Assembly: GCF_018977255.1 (NCBI RefSeq) | Contig: NW_024704742.1 | Coordinates: 117,120,001-117,184,000, forward strand | DNA from: Callorhinchus milii | Lineage: Eukaryota | Length of the DNA: 64,000 bases | Direction: 5' to 3' | Shown here: positions 40,057 through 53,459 of the stretch, piece after piece | Numbering within the stretch: the stretch's first letter is position 1 | How the letters are laid out: each line of letters opens with the position of its first letter | Translations under genes and position numbers: made by a program | The notes under the pieces: model-generated | Told to the model about the DNA's origin: nothing | The model's input: the letters and a program-made list of their open reading frames with translations, nothing else | Database searches by the model: none

Positions 40057-41225
40057 CTCTAACTACCAGCCCATCTCCAGCCTCCCTTTTCTTTCAAAGG
40101 TCCTTGAAAGAGTCGTTGCTTCCCAGCTTCGCTCATTTCTCTCCTACCACTACCTTCACGAGCCCCTCCAATCCGGTTTCCTTGCTGCTCACAGCGTGGA
40201 AACTGGATCAGTCAAGGTGACAAATGACATTTTGTCCATCTGTGACCAGGGCTTCCTCTGCCTCTTCATCCTCCTCGATCTCTCTGCTCCCTTCGATACC
40301 ATGGGCAACTCCATCCTCCTCCAATGCCTCTTCTCTCACCTCAATCTTCAAGGTTCTGTCTTTGAATGATTCAGGTCTTATCTCTCAAAATATCTCCAAT
40401 TTGTCTCTGCCAATGGCTTCTCTTCTAGCCCCTGCAAAGTCTCACGTAGTGTTCCTCAGGGTTCTCCTCTTCAACCTCTACATGCTCCCCCTTGGTGACA
40501 TCATCTGCAGACATGGGGTCAACTTCCACATGTACGTGAATGACACCCAACTCTATCTCTCTGCCTCCACTCTCGATTCCAGGACAAATGACGTCCTGAC
40601 AGACTATCTGTCTGACATCAAATCCTGGATGACAGTCAACTTTCTACAGCTGAATGTCAGCAAGACCGAGGCCCTCTTGATTGGCTCACACCAGTACCTT
40701 AGCACCTCAGGCACTGGCAGCATTAGCATCCACGATTGCACACTCCACCTCACCGAGCCAATTAGGAACCTGGGCGACTTGTTCGACCCTCAACTGCCCT
40801 TTCTCCCCCATATCCCTGCCATGACCCGCTCTGCTTTCCCCCACCTCCACAACATTGCCCGACTTCACCACTGCCTCACCCCTCAGGCTACCGAAACCCT
40901 CATACACGCACGCATTCGTCGCCTCAAGGCTCAATTACGGAAACTCCATCCTTGTCGGCCTCTCCAACTCTTCCCTCCACAAGCTGCAAATCATCTAGAA
41001 CTCTGCAGCTCATGTTCTCTCCTGCATCAGGCTCTGTGACCCCATCACCTCCACCCTCGCCGGCTCCACTGGCTCCCATCCCTAAGAGGATAGAATTCAA
41101 AATTCTTGTCCTCACTTTCAAGGCCCTCCACAGCCTTACCCCCACCTACATCTCTGACCTATTGACCCCTATCAACATGTCTGCTCCCTCCGCTCAACAG
41201 GCTCCGGCCTGCTGCAGGTCTCCCA
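40057..41225 (+). mobile_element. 5'-truncated L2 LINE (RT domain, frameshifted)
   Basis: [66 protein letters not shown]. Confidence 0.93.
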
Positions 41226-41440
41226 AGGTGTTGGACGGTTAAGGGTTTGCTCCTGGCCTGATCTGAAGGTTGGAATCAAGAGGGGTTGGAATCAAAAAGC
41301 AATCTTGAGATGGGCCTTGAAGTTGGCAAGGGAGAGGCTGAGGTGAAGGGATTCTGGGATGGATTTCCAGAGGGTGAGTGCAGAAAAGCTGAATGCTCGA
41401 CCGCTAATGGTGAGGTGGGCAGGGTGGGGGACATAAAGCA
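41222..41440 (-). mobile_element. L2 3' terminal segment in inverted orientation
   Basis: Reverse complement reads tgctttatgtccccc..accattagcggtcgagcattcagc..ttcaaggcccatctcaaga, the L2 ORF2 end and 3' UTR. Confidence 0.8.
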
Positions 41441-44342
41441 ATTAAATAGAGAAGTCAAAACAGCGGAGTTAACTAGGTTAGCCTCCTGATCTTTAGTTAT
41501 GTTATGTTATAGGATTTCCCATTATCATTATTGAGGAAAAGATAATAATAATAATCCTTGCATTTGATATAGCGCTTTTCACGTCTTCTAGATGTCCCAA
41601 AGCGCTTAACAGAATATACTGTAAAGTGAATTGACTGTATATTTGATACCTAGTGTTAGTGATCAATGTGCTATTAGATCTCCTAGGACAACAACAGCAA
41701 CAATTTACATTTATGTAATGTCACTCTTGTCAAAAAGATGTCTCATTGTGCTTCATGTAACTTCTTCCCCGTTAACACATAGGGAGCGAAAAATGTAATA
41801 AAATAATCTTTTTTGAATACAGAAGGAAAACTGAATTGAAAGTTGATCATAAAAGGATATTTTCCAAGTCATTGGTGAATAGTATCCTGCTGCTGGTTAG
41901 TTTATTGCTCTTGCCTTTTGCCCAGTGGAGATTTTATTGGGGTTAACAGAGAATTTATTTTTCTGATTGTCAGAGATGTATTGGAACACCTTACCAGGTG
42001 GTCAAATTTCATGCTGCTTTAGTGCACTACTGTCAGGATCTATCATTGAGTGAGTTTCTCTTTATTGTACTGGGGCTATGTGGATGGACAGACTCCTGAC
42101 TCAATCACAGATTCTCAACAATACAGAGGTCTCTCTACATGCTTCATCAAAGAGGTATTTTCAATCTTGTCAGGAATAATTTATGTACCAGAGAGCAGAG
42201 CTGGTGGTGACTAAGGTCAGTAGTTAATGAAATTAGGTCCTTAAGTTGATGTCACATGAGAGGATTGACCTTTGCCCTGTCTCAGCAAGTTATCTTACTT
42301 GTGTTAAGTTAATTCATGGCTTTACCAATTGATTGGAATGAGTTCAAGGGAATGAATGTAGTATCCTTTGCTCACAAATTTCGCCCACAAATATACAGTC
42401 AATTCACTTTACAGTCTATTCTGTGAAGCACTTTGAGATGTTGAGAAGAGGTGAAAAGCGCTATATCAAATGCAAGGATTATTATTATTATAAAAGGGGC
42501 ACCATCATCATGAGAAAAATGTCTGATAAACCTGGTTCCACTGATGTAAATCATGTCAAAACACAAGTGCTCATCACATGATGTCAATGATAAATGTCAA
42601 GTTATCATATGTCAGCAATATCAGCATACTAAAAACATGCATCCCCTTATAGTGTTTTTCTTCCTCGCGCAGAAAGAAAGTGCTGTCTCCTTATACAGAC
42701 ATGTAACCCAAAGCCTGTTGTCCAAGTGGCATAATCTACAAACATATAAGTGGTCAATTTGCCTTTTGGTGATAAATGTCCATTACTGTTTTATTCAAGT
42801 GAGGTTTAATCGGCCAGGCACCGTGTTATGCACTTTGCAGTATAGAATAGCAACTTTGACAGGTACACAAAACCAGTGTACCATAAACGCTATATGAAAT
42901 TGTCTGTTTCAATCACAAAAATAACATCAGAGTCCACAAAAGCCATCTCCCCACCTCTTCCCCAACCTCACCATTTCAATTTAAGCTTCAAGGTAGCTGG
43001 AAGTCCGAAAAAATTGCCATGGGCCTTTCCTTCAGAATAACCCAATTTTTGTGATGCTCTGAACTCCACAATGTATTAACACAACAAGAATATTAATTAT
43101 CTCTCTACCTTTTGCAGTTGGTCCCGTCATTCAGGGATCATTGCTGTGAACAAATTGGCTGTCGCATTTGCCTATAAAATACAGTCGCTACACTTTACAG
43201 TTCAATCCTGTGAAACACTTTGAGACATCCTCCTGATGTGACAAGGTTCTGTACCAAATACAAAAATTAAGATTGTTGTCCCTTGGAGAAACTGCTGGCA
43301 ATTTCAGCAAAGCACACTTCATAAAATCTGTTCAGTGAATGGTGTAGTGCACTGAATTTACCATGTGTATGAAGAAATTACAGGGGCCCTATTTATATAT
43401 TAAACAACGTATGAAAAGGATTTTTTTTTGATTTCATAATTAATAAATTCAGTTGTTGATGACAAAATTAAGGACACCTGTAATTCTCTCTATACACATG
43501 GTTTACACATGACACATAGGATGATTGGACTAGAGAAGTGTATTGACAGAGCTGATCAAATACATCAGCCTGATGTTCCTACTATTGTATTAGAATTCTT
43601 AATCCCAATAGAATGCTTCAAAATTCACTTTGCAATGAATCCTATGAGAAACGTTGGGATGTTTGAATGATGTGACAAGGCACTATACCAAATGCAGATT
43701 ATTATTTATTATTGCTCTTCCCCCTCTCACCAACAGGCTGCCAACTCCAACTTTAGTCAGAATCATCTAAAGTGGCTTCAATAAAGTCTGTTGTTTCCTT
43801 CAGATGGAACCTTTGCAATTCCATTCTGTGCCTGATTTGTGCCAAATGTTTCACCCTGTTTGGTGACTGTCTGATTTATGACCCAATCATAAAATTTTAA
43901 TAGCGCTTTTCATCTTGACTATATTGATCCTGAACCCCAGCTTGGATCCGAAACTCTGTCTGTCCAGTGCCTTGGGACGTCCTCCCAATCTGAAAGGAGT
44001 TATATAAATGTAATTTTGTTGTTGTTGTTGTATCATGCAAAATATTTTTTGGGTTCTCAATAGATCTCCATACAATTCCAGCAGGTGGTGCTGTTGCACT
44101 TTGTATCACACAGTAAAATACTATTCCCCCCACCCCGCCCCCATCCCGTGCACATACAATAAACAAAATGTGATATGTGGTGACCCGATGACCTGCAAAT
44201 TGGCCACTTTTTCTTCCAGAGCAGGAACCAGCCATTGAATCAGCCGGATGTGAGCATGTGCAGTCTGTGGATTGGGAATTTATGGATCCCAAATACTGTG
44301 TTATAATGCGACCTCACAGTATATATATACATGTCAAGTGGT

Positions 44343-44755
44343 GTCAGCCTGGTTCGATTGGTTAGTACTCTCAACTCTAAGTAAGAAGGTTGAGTGCTCA
44401 CATTGTGACTTTGAACTCACAATCACAGCAGTGCATTGCTGGGGGTGTGCTGCATTTTGAAGGTGACGTCCTTCAGAGCAGGTATTAAAAACCAAGGTCC
44501 AATCTGCCTGTTCAGGTGGATGTTAAGGATCCCAGGCACTATTTGAAAAGAAAAGGGAGTTTCTCCCAGTATCCTTGCCAGCAATTCCCTCGATAAAATT
44601 GGTCATTTAATTCATGGTCATTTGTGGGACATTGCTTTGTGCAAATTGGCTAGTGTGTGTGCCTATGAAATACACAGTCACTATACACCTTGTAAAGGGC
44701 TTTGCAATATCTTCCTGATACTAAACACACCACAGCAGATGCAAGGATTATTTTG
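44343..44755 (+). mobile_element. Deu-domain-type SINE, near full length
   Basis: gtcagcctggttcgattggttag head; ctgcctgttcaggtggatgttaaggatccc..gcactatttgaa body; gcaaggattatt tail. Confidence 0.8.
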
Positions 44756-45291
44756 TTATTTGTTTGTGTGTTTAATTGATGTGTTAGATCATATATTGGT
44801 CAGTCTGGGAGGTGGAAGTGGAGTTCCAGGGGCTGCAGTGCTTTGTGATTTTTACCTTGACTCACCATTTCCAGAAAGGCATTCAGGAAACATGCCAGGA
44901 GTGTTCAAGTGCACATAGTTGACTTATTTAATCAAATGCAGATACTGATGAGCTGATTTACAGGATCCTGACCTTGAACAGGATTTGTGCAAACAAATAC
45001 AGTGTCTGAGTCAGAAAGAAGAGTGACTTGGAAATTGCTTATCATTGTCAGTGAGATAAGTTACTTATTGACCCTGAATTCTTTGGCATATTCATACCAG
45101 TACCTATAATTGTATAACATGTGCTGCTAACACTGAACATACAGAGTGTAAGTATTTGAATCATACACTTCGTCTGGCAAGAGAAAATGGACACCGTAAA
45201 TCCTTCAAGTACAACCAGGATATTTCCAACTTCAAATAAATGGTTTATTATTTATAATTCACCACCATTCCTGATTTGAGTTTTGTTTATG

Positions 45292-45330
<39 letters not shown>
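45292..45330. repeat. (ATA)13 microsatellite
   Basis: Read directly from the sequence. Confidence 0.95.
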
Positions 45331-47079
45331 TCAACAATGCTGAGACTTTCAGATTGTTAGTGGCTTTTTGTGGTGATAGTAACGATTCTGAAGAATCTTA
45401 AATTATGCAGAGTTTGAGTGGATGGAGTCTTGATACATATTATTTCAGTTTATTTAAGTTGTGTGTGGTGAGTACAGAAACTGCTGTTCATGCCAGGAAA
45501 CCATCACCTTAAAATGAATCCACATGACAATAAAAGCTCTTTTTGGAATGGATTTGGGCAATTTCTATCCAGTTTCTAGTGACTTAGTAAAAAACTGTAA
45601 TTAACTCAACATTAAATATGCTTCGTTCATCCCCTCCTTCACTGCTACAGAGAAAGTCTTTACCTCGTGGCTGTTACAGAACATGGTACAGAAGTATGAA
45701 AAATTCTTAAATTCACACTTAATTTGGCAGCTGGTTCCTTTTGAAAACTGCAGAAAAACTGCTTTCAGCTTAAGACTGAATTTACGAATTTAACACAATC
45801 TTAAATTTTAAGACAAAATGACCTTACAGGCTAAGTCTGGGAGGAATTTTGAGCTTCATGTGAGACTAGGATTCCGGATTACTTTGATGTCCTACTGTCC
45901 ATTTCCTTGCTGTCACAAGAATAATGGCTGCTTGTTTGAGGTACTGGTAAAGAACCAATGCACACCTCAACAAATAGAATAGGAAGTGTTGCTCGTATTG
46001 GTAACTTAAACAGATGTGTTTTACGTACAGAGGAATTGAAATCTTAATCAATCTTTCCTAGAGCTCCAAGTGTACTTAAGGTCAAGCACTGATTCCATCA
46101 CAATAGCTTTTCCATTCCAAACACCTTTGCTCAGCTCAAGAGAAACAAAATGAAGCAGCATAAAACATGAAAGAAAACACTTTTTTTGAAATCTCTTCAA
46201 AATATTTTAAAGAATAAAAGATTCGGTGGTTCATACGAATTATGATGATCGACAGTGCTGTGTTCAATAGACCAGGCTGGAAGTGCAGCAGTTCCAAGAA
46301 TTAACATACCTAGAATTAAGTAAAAGCGAAGTGAGTCTCTCTGTGGAACTTATTTGAGACAACTCATCTGACCCTGATTGAGTCCTATTGATCAGTAACC
46401 TCTCCCACTCAGTAAAAGTATAAATCTTGAGGTCTTGGCATCGATTCTCCTCTCAGCTTGGCAGCCTCATCAGTATGATTAGTGCTGTAGTGGACCAGTG
46501 CCATATCCACAACATTTCAGAGAGGAAATATGGCGCCAATGTGCGACAATAACTCAAACAGCATTGCGCAGGTTACTGAGTGAAGGCGTTCTGTCAGGGC
46601 GAGTGCCTTTTTCAGAGCAAGGACTTTGCGGATGCACAAAGGCATCAATCTCAGGGGATGCTGACTCAGCCAGCGCTGCAGTGAAGTCAATTACATACTG
46701 GATACACGGACCAAGAAATTCTGGGATTGGCTACAATTTTAACTCTTGGTGCCCTGCAACAGCATTCCGGTGCTACAATAATAAAAAAACATTTTTATTT
46801 TCTGCATAGTATTATGTAATTATCATTAACTGAGGTTTGCATCCTTCCGGGCTAGACAGTTTTACTGCAAAATGATGACCTTTCTAAAGTTGCCATTAGC
46901 ATTATTTGAATTCAGCATTAGTTACAATTGAATTGAAAGAAAATAATGGACCAGTTTTGTTTGTTTAACTTATCTTCAGAGTGAAATTTTAATGAAGGAG
47001 ATGTTGTCCCTCAGTCATTTATATTTTTTATAATTCTGAACTTAAGACCTTAAGTTCTTAAGAACTTAAGTTTTCTCTT

Positions 47080-47253
47080 TGACCGATCCTTCAGCTCCCC
47101 TCTCGACTCTCTACCCCCTCCTCGCTCCCTCCCTTCCCTCCCCTCACCCTAACCATTCCCCCCTGCTCGGGTCCTGACCCAACTGTCCAGCGCCTTGGGA
47201 CGTCCTCCCGACGTGAAAGGTGCTCTATAAATGGAATCTTGTTGTTGTTGTTG
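47080..47253 (+). mobile_element. Young L2 3' UTR fragment
   Basis: Nearly identical to the reverse complement of 24860-25035; hairpin tail and (TTG)n. Confidence 0.9.
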
Positions 47254-48462
47254 TTTTTGTTAAGTTCTACCAATTGATACTCAATCTGTCCTTCCTTCTT
47301 CCTTAGGGAAAGGGTGAAGCATTCTGAGCCGTATACGTCTCCATGGTTACCATTGCCATTGCTAGGTGGGAGCACTGGTCCAGTCAGTATTGATTTGCCT
47401 TTGAAAGGGAGAACTCAATTATCAAACAATCTGAACAAGCACTGACAAAATAGGCCCAGATGGGTTTAAGTGAGTTTAAGTGACTGGGATTGATTCTCAA
47501 GAGTAGATTTGTTGATGTGAAGGACTGTAGGTAAGAGTAATGTTCTGAATTAGTTCAATACATTAGAGATGGAGGCAGCACTGCCACCAAAGAGGCTCAC
47601 TGGTCTCACTACAACCAGACAAATGCATCAGTTCAAGCGCCCATTGCATTTCAATCTCTCATTGTTGGGAGGACATCCTATAGCACACAAAGGTTAGATT
47701 GGATGCTTACCCTACCAGGAATCCAATTTTTCCATTATTAAAATCATTTGTTGCCTTTTACTAGAAATCACTTATTGCTCTGTTGCGGAAAGTCACATAA
47801 AATAGTGAATGAAGTTGGATATTTTATCTGCTGCTCTACATGCCTTTTTTTTAAGACTTCCAAATTAAGCAGAATTCAAGCAAAAAAGGCTGAAATTATC
47901 TCATTGAAATGACCCAGGATTTTCAATTATGATGAGTTTTGAGTTTAAGGCCTTAAATATATTTTTCTGGTTTCGTTGTTATACCAGTGGTATTTTAAAT
48001 CTCTAAAACATATTACTTGATGGTTCAGTACAATTCAATCAACATGAATGAAATTTGGTTCAATCGATTCCTCCTCTTCTATATTTCAGTCATTCTGTTT
48101 CCCTCTGTATGACTGCTGTGTCATTTTTTTTAATTTAGTCAGCTAGGAAAACCTGATCAACATGAAAACCACCACCATGCTTAAGAGTCTCCAAACCAAA
48201 TGGCTGGGAGTTCCACATATGTATGCAAATTAATGTTCGGTGAATAGGCAATGCACTCTTTTACCCTGGAGGGAAACACCCTGCTTAGTTAATGCTAGAG
48301 GCTTTAGGCACAGGTTGGCAAGACCCAAAGCTTGAAGACCCAAGAATGTGCATTGGACTGCTGCTGGCATTTGACCAGATAAAACCAATTGTGAACACTG
48401 GATTGCTCACCACTGCGTATCCAATTCTTACCACACCATTAAGGCCTTTGCTTGTTGGGTTA

Positions 48463-50160
48463 ACAACAACAGCAACACAACAACAAAATTATAATTATAG
48501 AGTGCCTTTCACGTTGGGAGGGCGTCCCAAGTCACTGGACAGTCAGGGGTCAGGACCCAAGCATGGGGGAGGGGTGGGGTAGGGATGAGTAAAGGTAGGG
48601 AGGTGGGAGGGTGACTGAAGTCACGATCGAGTAGAAGGGTCTTCAGACTGGCCTTGAAGGAGGCAAGGGACAAAGTGAGGTGAAGGTACTTTGGAATGGA
48701 GTTCCAGAGTTTGGGGGCAGAGAGGCTGAAAGCCCGGCCACTGAATGTAGGGTGAGTCGGGCGGGAGACATAGAGCTGACTGGAGCCCGCTGAACGGAGG
48801 GAGCGGGCAGGTTGGTAGGGAGTCAGCAGGTCAGAGAGATAGGAGGGAGCAAGGCCATGGATGGCCTTGAAAGTGAGGATGAGGATCTTGAAATCGATCC
48901 TCTGAGGGATGGGGAGCCAGTGGAGTCAGGCGGGGGTGGGAGTGATGGGGACACGGAGCCAGGTGCACGAGAGTACACGATCTGCAGATGATCTGCAGCT
49001 TGTGAAGGAAAGAGTTGGAAAGGCCAATGAGGAAGGAGTTTCCAGAATCGAGCCTTGATGTGACGAATGCGTGGGTGAGGGTTTTAGCAGTCTGAGGGGT
49101 GCGGCAGTGTTGCACAGGTGGTGGTAGGCAGTGCCGGTCATGGCGCGGATGTGGGGGAGAAAGGACAGTTCAGGGTCAAACAAGACACCCAGGTTCCTGA
49201 CTGGCTTAGTGAGATTCAGTGTGCAGCCATGGAGGCTGATACCGCCAGGGCCCGAGGTGCGGAGGCGCTGGCGTAAGCCAATCAGGAGGGCCTCGGTCTT
49301 GCTGACATTCAGTTGAAGAAAGTTGTCCCTCATCCAGGACTTATTGTCCGACAGGCAGTGGTCAGGATGCCAGTAGTCCTGGAGTTGAGGGTGGAGACAG
49401 AGAGATAGAGTTGGATGTCATCCACATACATGTGGCAATTTATCCCATGTCTGCGGCTGATGTCACCAAGGGGGAGCATGTAGAGGGTGAAGAGGAGGGG
49501 ACCTAGGACAGAACCCTGAGGAACACTGCATGAGATGGTGCGGGGGCTGGAGGAGAAACCGTTTGCAGCGATGAAGTGGAGGCAATGTGAAAGGAAGGAC
49601 CTGAACCAGTCAAGGACAGAACCTTGAAGGTTGAGGTGGGAGGAGAGGCGGTGGAAGAGGATTGAATGATCCACGGTGTCAAAGGCGGCGGAGAGGTCGA
49701 TGAGGACGAGGAGGCAGAGGGAGCCCTCGTCACACATGGTCAGGATGTCATTTGTGACCTTGACCAGAGCAGTTTCCGTGCTGTGGGCCGCACAGAAACC
49801 CGATTGGAGGGGCTCATGGAGGGAGTGGGAGGAGAGGAAAGAGCGAAACTGGGAGGCAATGGATCTCTCGAAGACCTTAGACAGAAAAGGGAGGTGGGAG
49901 ATGGGCCATTAGCTGGATAGCTCTGATGGGTCAAGGGAAGGTTTCTTCAAGGTGGGGGTGATAGTGTCTGTTTTGAGAGGAGTAGGAACAGTGCCAGATG
50001 ACAGGGAGAGATTGATGATGTCGGCGAGTAGTGGGGCAAGGAGATGGAGCTGGGATTTAAGGAGAGGGGTGGGGATGCGGTCCAGGGAGCAGGTGGTGGG
50101 CTTCATGGAGGATATGGTGGTGATGACAGAGGAGGGGGTGACAAGTTCAAATGTGTGGCA
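48463..50160 (-). mobile_element. 5'-truncated L2 LINE (RT domain, frameshifted)
   Basis: KPTTCSLD.IPT.LLK..IINLSLSSGTVP..TPTLKKPSLDP; LIDLSAAFDTVDH..VPQGSVLGPLLF..YVDDIQLY. Tail at the left end. Confidence 0.94.
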
Positions 50161-50863
50161 GGACGGGTTGGTAATGGTCTCAAACAGGCCTCAAGGGGGA
50201 AGAATCCCAATGATTAGCTCCTCCAATTGCTAGATTGACTTATCTGTTATATAAGTGCCTTGAAGAATTGGAAATACTGCCGAGTGTAGGAACATGACTA
50301 TTGAAACTGCCACAGTAGGTGGCATGACTCCAATATTTTGTGGCTAAGCAGGTCACCTTAGAGCTCGGCTCCAAAGCGACCTTACTTACCTCCTCCTCCT
50401 CGAGAAGACTAAACTATCTGGTCATTAGACATTCGCCAAGCACGGATTTGAGAACTCACTAAGTGGTGAGACTGCATCACACACCATCTTCTGACTTAAG
50501 CATCAAACATGTGGTTGATTTTGAAGCATCTTCTGACTTCATCCTTCAATCAATCCCTTGGAGATGCAAAAAGTGTTGTAGGTTTACTTGAGAGGTAAAA
50601 AAGAAGCGAATAAGAATAAGCATTAGGTACATCGATGCGAGATGTACCCTCGATTATATCCTCTCTCTCAATTGTTTTTCTAGAACAAGTTAAACTCTGC
50701 AAGATTCTTGTTGTAATTTAGAGCTTGGAATAATCCTTGACATGTCTTGTAGTTTTACTCATTTCCTCTTTGATCCTATAGTCAGTCAGTTGAGAGTAGG
50801 ATCTTGTCATCCAGGATACCTGGGATGAATGATCTTAGCTATGATGAGAGGTTGGGTTAATTT

Positions 50864-51720
50864 CATAGAATCATAGAACTGTACAGCACAAAAAGAGGCC
50901 ATTCGGCCCATCGAGTCTGTGCCGGCTCTTTGAATAGAGCAATTAATGTCAATCCCACTTCCCAGCCCTTTCCCCATAACCCTGCAAACCCGACCTCCTC
51001 AAATATCCGTCCACCGCGTTTTTAAAAGTAGGTATCGAATCGGCCTTGACCACCCTTTCAGGCAATGCGTTCCAGATTCGAACAACTCGCTGTGTGAAAA
51101 AATTTATCAATAAATGAATAAGCTTCTTTTAGAGACTATTTTGAATCTGTGACCTCGAGTCACTGACACACCCACCAGTGGAAACACTTTTTCCCTTTAC
51201 AACCTATCAAATCCCCTCATGATTTTGAAGACCTCTATTAGGTCTCCTCGTAACCTTCTCTGCTCCAATTAGAATAATCCCAGCCTCTCTAGCCTTTCAT
51301 CATAATCAAGGTCCCTCATTCCTGGTAACATCCTCATAAATCTCCTCTGCACCCTTTCCAATGCCTTAACATCCTTCCTATAGTGTGGTGCCCAGAACTG
51401 GGCGCAGTATTCTAACTGAGGCCTAACCAGTGTTTTATATAGGTTAATCATAACCTCCTGACTCTTGGACTCTATGCCCCTATTTATCAAGCATAGAATC
51501 CCATTTGCCCTTTTTACAGCCTTATCTACCTGTCCTGCCACCTTCAAGGATTCATTTACCTGCACCCCCAGGTCTCTCTGTTCTTTTACCCCCCTTAAGA
51601 TTGTATTACCAGCCTGTATTACCTCCCCTCATTCTTTCTACCAAAATTCATTACTTCGCATTTCTCTACATTGAAACTCATCTGCCATGTGTCTGCCCAT
51701 TTTACCATTCTGTCTATGTC
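50864..51720 (-). mobile_element. 5'-truncated CR1 LINE
   Basis: ORF 51269..51565: LYKTLVRPQLEYCAQFWAPH..LERVQRR..LERLGLF; catagaatcatagaa tail. Confidence 0.94.
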
Positions 51721-52574
51721 AGAGTTATATTCTCGAGAGTCAAGGTTAAAGGTACCACTGATGCCACTTCATGTGTGTTGCCTATATACACTGAGTTCAG
51801 GGAGCATCACTGTTGTAATCTTGTGAGGGAAATGACACCAGCGATGCTTCTAGTACATAGCTCCTCAATAGCACTTACTGCGCTGTACAGTATTACGAGA
51901 GGATTAAGGGATGTGAAGAAAAGGTGAGCAAATGGGATTAGAAAGATATAGAGCTACCGTGAACTATAAATTAGTTGAGTCGTCTCAATGGGCCAAGTGG
52001 CCTACTCCTGTTCTTGTTTTCTCCTCCATAGAGTACAGTGTCAGTACACCAAGGCTTTGTAACACCTGCCATCTCTTGTTTAGAAAGTAACACAGTAACC
52101 TATTTCAGTTCAGTGGCATTCATGTGGGTCAGCATTTTGTTTCTACTTAACCTTACTACAAAATGGAAACTAAAATACATTATATTAAGATAAAAATATT
52201 TTTACGCAATATTCAGAAGAAGAAAAGGCTTGGATTTTTATAGCACCTTATCATATCAGAGCATCTCAAAGCACTTCACAGTATTTACCGGCAAGGATAG
52301 TGGCTGTTTTGTGGGCAAGGCCTTTTTGGAATGATAACCTTTCTGTGATAACCTATATTATCTAGTGCTGTTGGCAATGCATGTGGATTTCTCAAGGAAT
52401 GACCTGAATTAACTAGGGAAGAATAAGTACTGAACAAGTGTCAGGAGCTTAACATCTAAAATTACTGGGCTATAGTCTAATCACAAAGGGATAATGGGAG
52501 AAGGGACAAAGTGACCTTGCTAATTAACTTCTAAACTATATTAGACCTAATCTGCAGTCAATATCATTGAGCTC

Positions 52575-52900
52575 GCAGCTGACACTCCTGTCTATTACTG
52601 GAGGACTGCTTCATTGTCAGAGCTGCTATCCTTTGGATGAGATGTTAAATTAACGTTCTGGCTGCCTATTCACGAGAGCGTTGAAAATCCCGTGACACTA
52701 TTTGAAAAGAGATGGCAGTGTCTCCCAATGTCGTAGCCAACAATAAATTGCTCAGTTGTTTGTGGAACGTTGCAGTGCATAAATTGGCTGTCCTGTTTGC
52801 CTACAAATACATAGTTACTATACTTGACAGCAATTTCCTGTGAAACACTTTGAAACATTTCAGTGTTGCAGGCACTAATATCACTTGTAAAGATAATTAT
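52575..52900 (+). mobile_element. Deu-domain-type SINE fragment
   Basis: gctgacactcc..ttggatgagatgttaaa..cactatttgaa..gtttgtgg..aaattggctg. Confidence 0.7.
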
Positions 52901-53459
52901 CTCAACTCGCTTTTGGAAAAGAGAAAGAGAGATCCTTCTTACACATTGTAAAACAAGACATTTTCAAACAACCTCACTTCCAATTGCTGTTTTATCGACA
53001 CTGTATCCACAACTGAATTATTAACATTTTAAATGCGCTTGACTCTCAGATTTAGTCCTACAATGTCAAATCTCAGTCCACATTCCGTCTGTATGTTGCT
53101 GGCTTGCAAATCAAATTAGAGGCAGTGTTTGTGCAATACTTGTTTGGTGAAACCATTGCTTTTATCTTTTCCGAGAATGACGGAAAAGAATTGACACTAT
53201 TTGTATACCACAGATTATATACACATCATTACGAAAATACCATTAATACCCTTATGGCTCTAACCCTAATTTTTACTTTATTTGAGAGAAAGGAGTTTCT
53301 CATATTGTCCTGATTATATATTTATTTATAACATTACTAAAGTACTTTTAACACCATTCTGGCTTTAACTCTAACCTTTACTCACGGTGTCCTGGCCAAC
53401 ATTCCTCTAGACCAGGGTGGTCCAATTGATTTCATTCGCCCCCCCCCACCCCCCCTCCA

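Noticed and set aside
46478..46503. REST/RE1 silencer, expected for a neuronal gene
   Set aside because: Half-site order and spacing do not match TTCAGCACCnnGGACAG; I found no convincing RE1 by eye.
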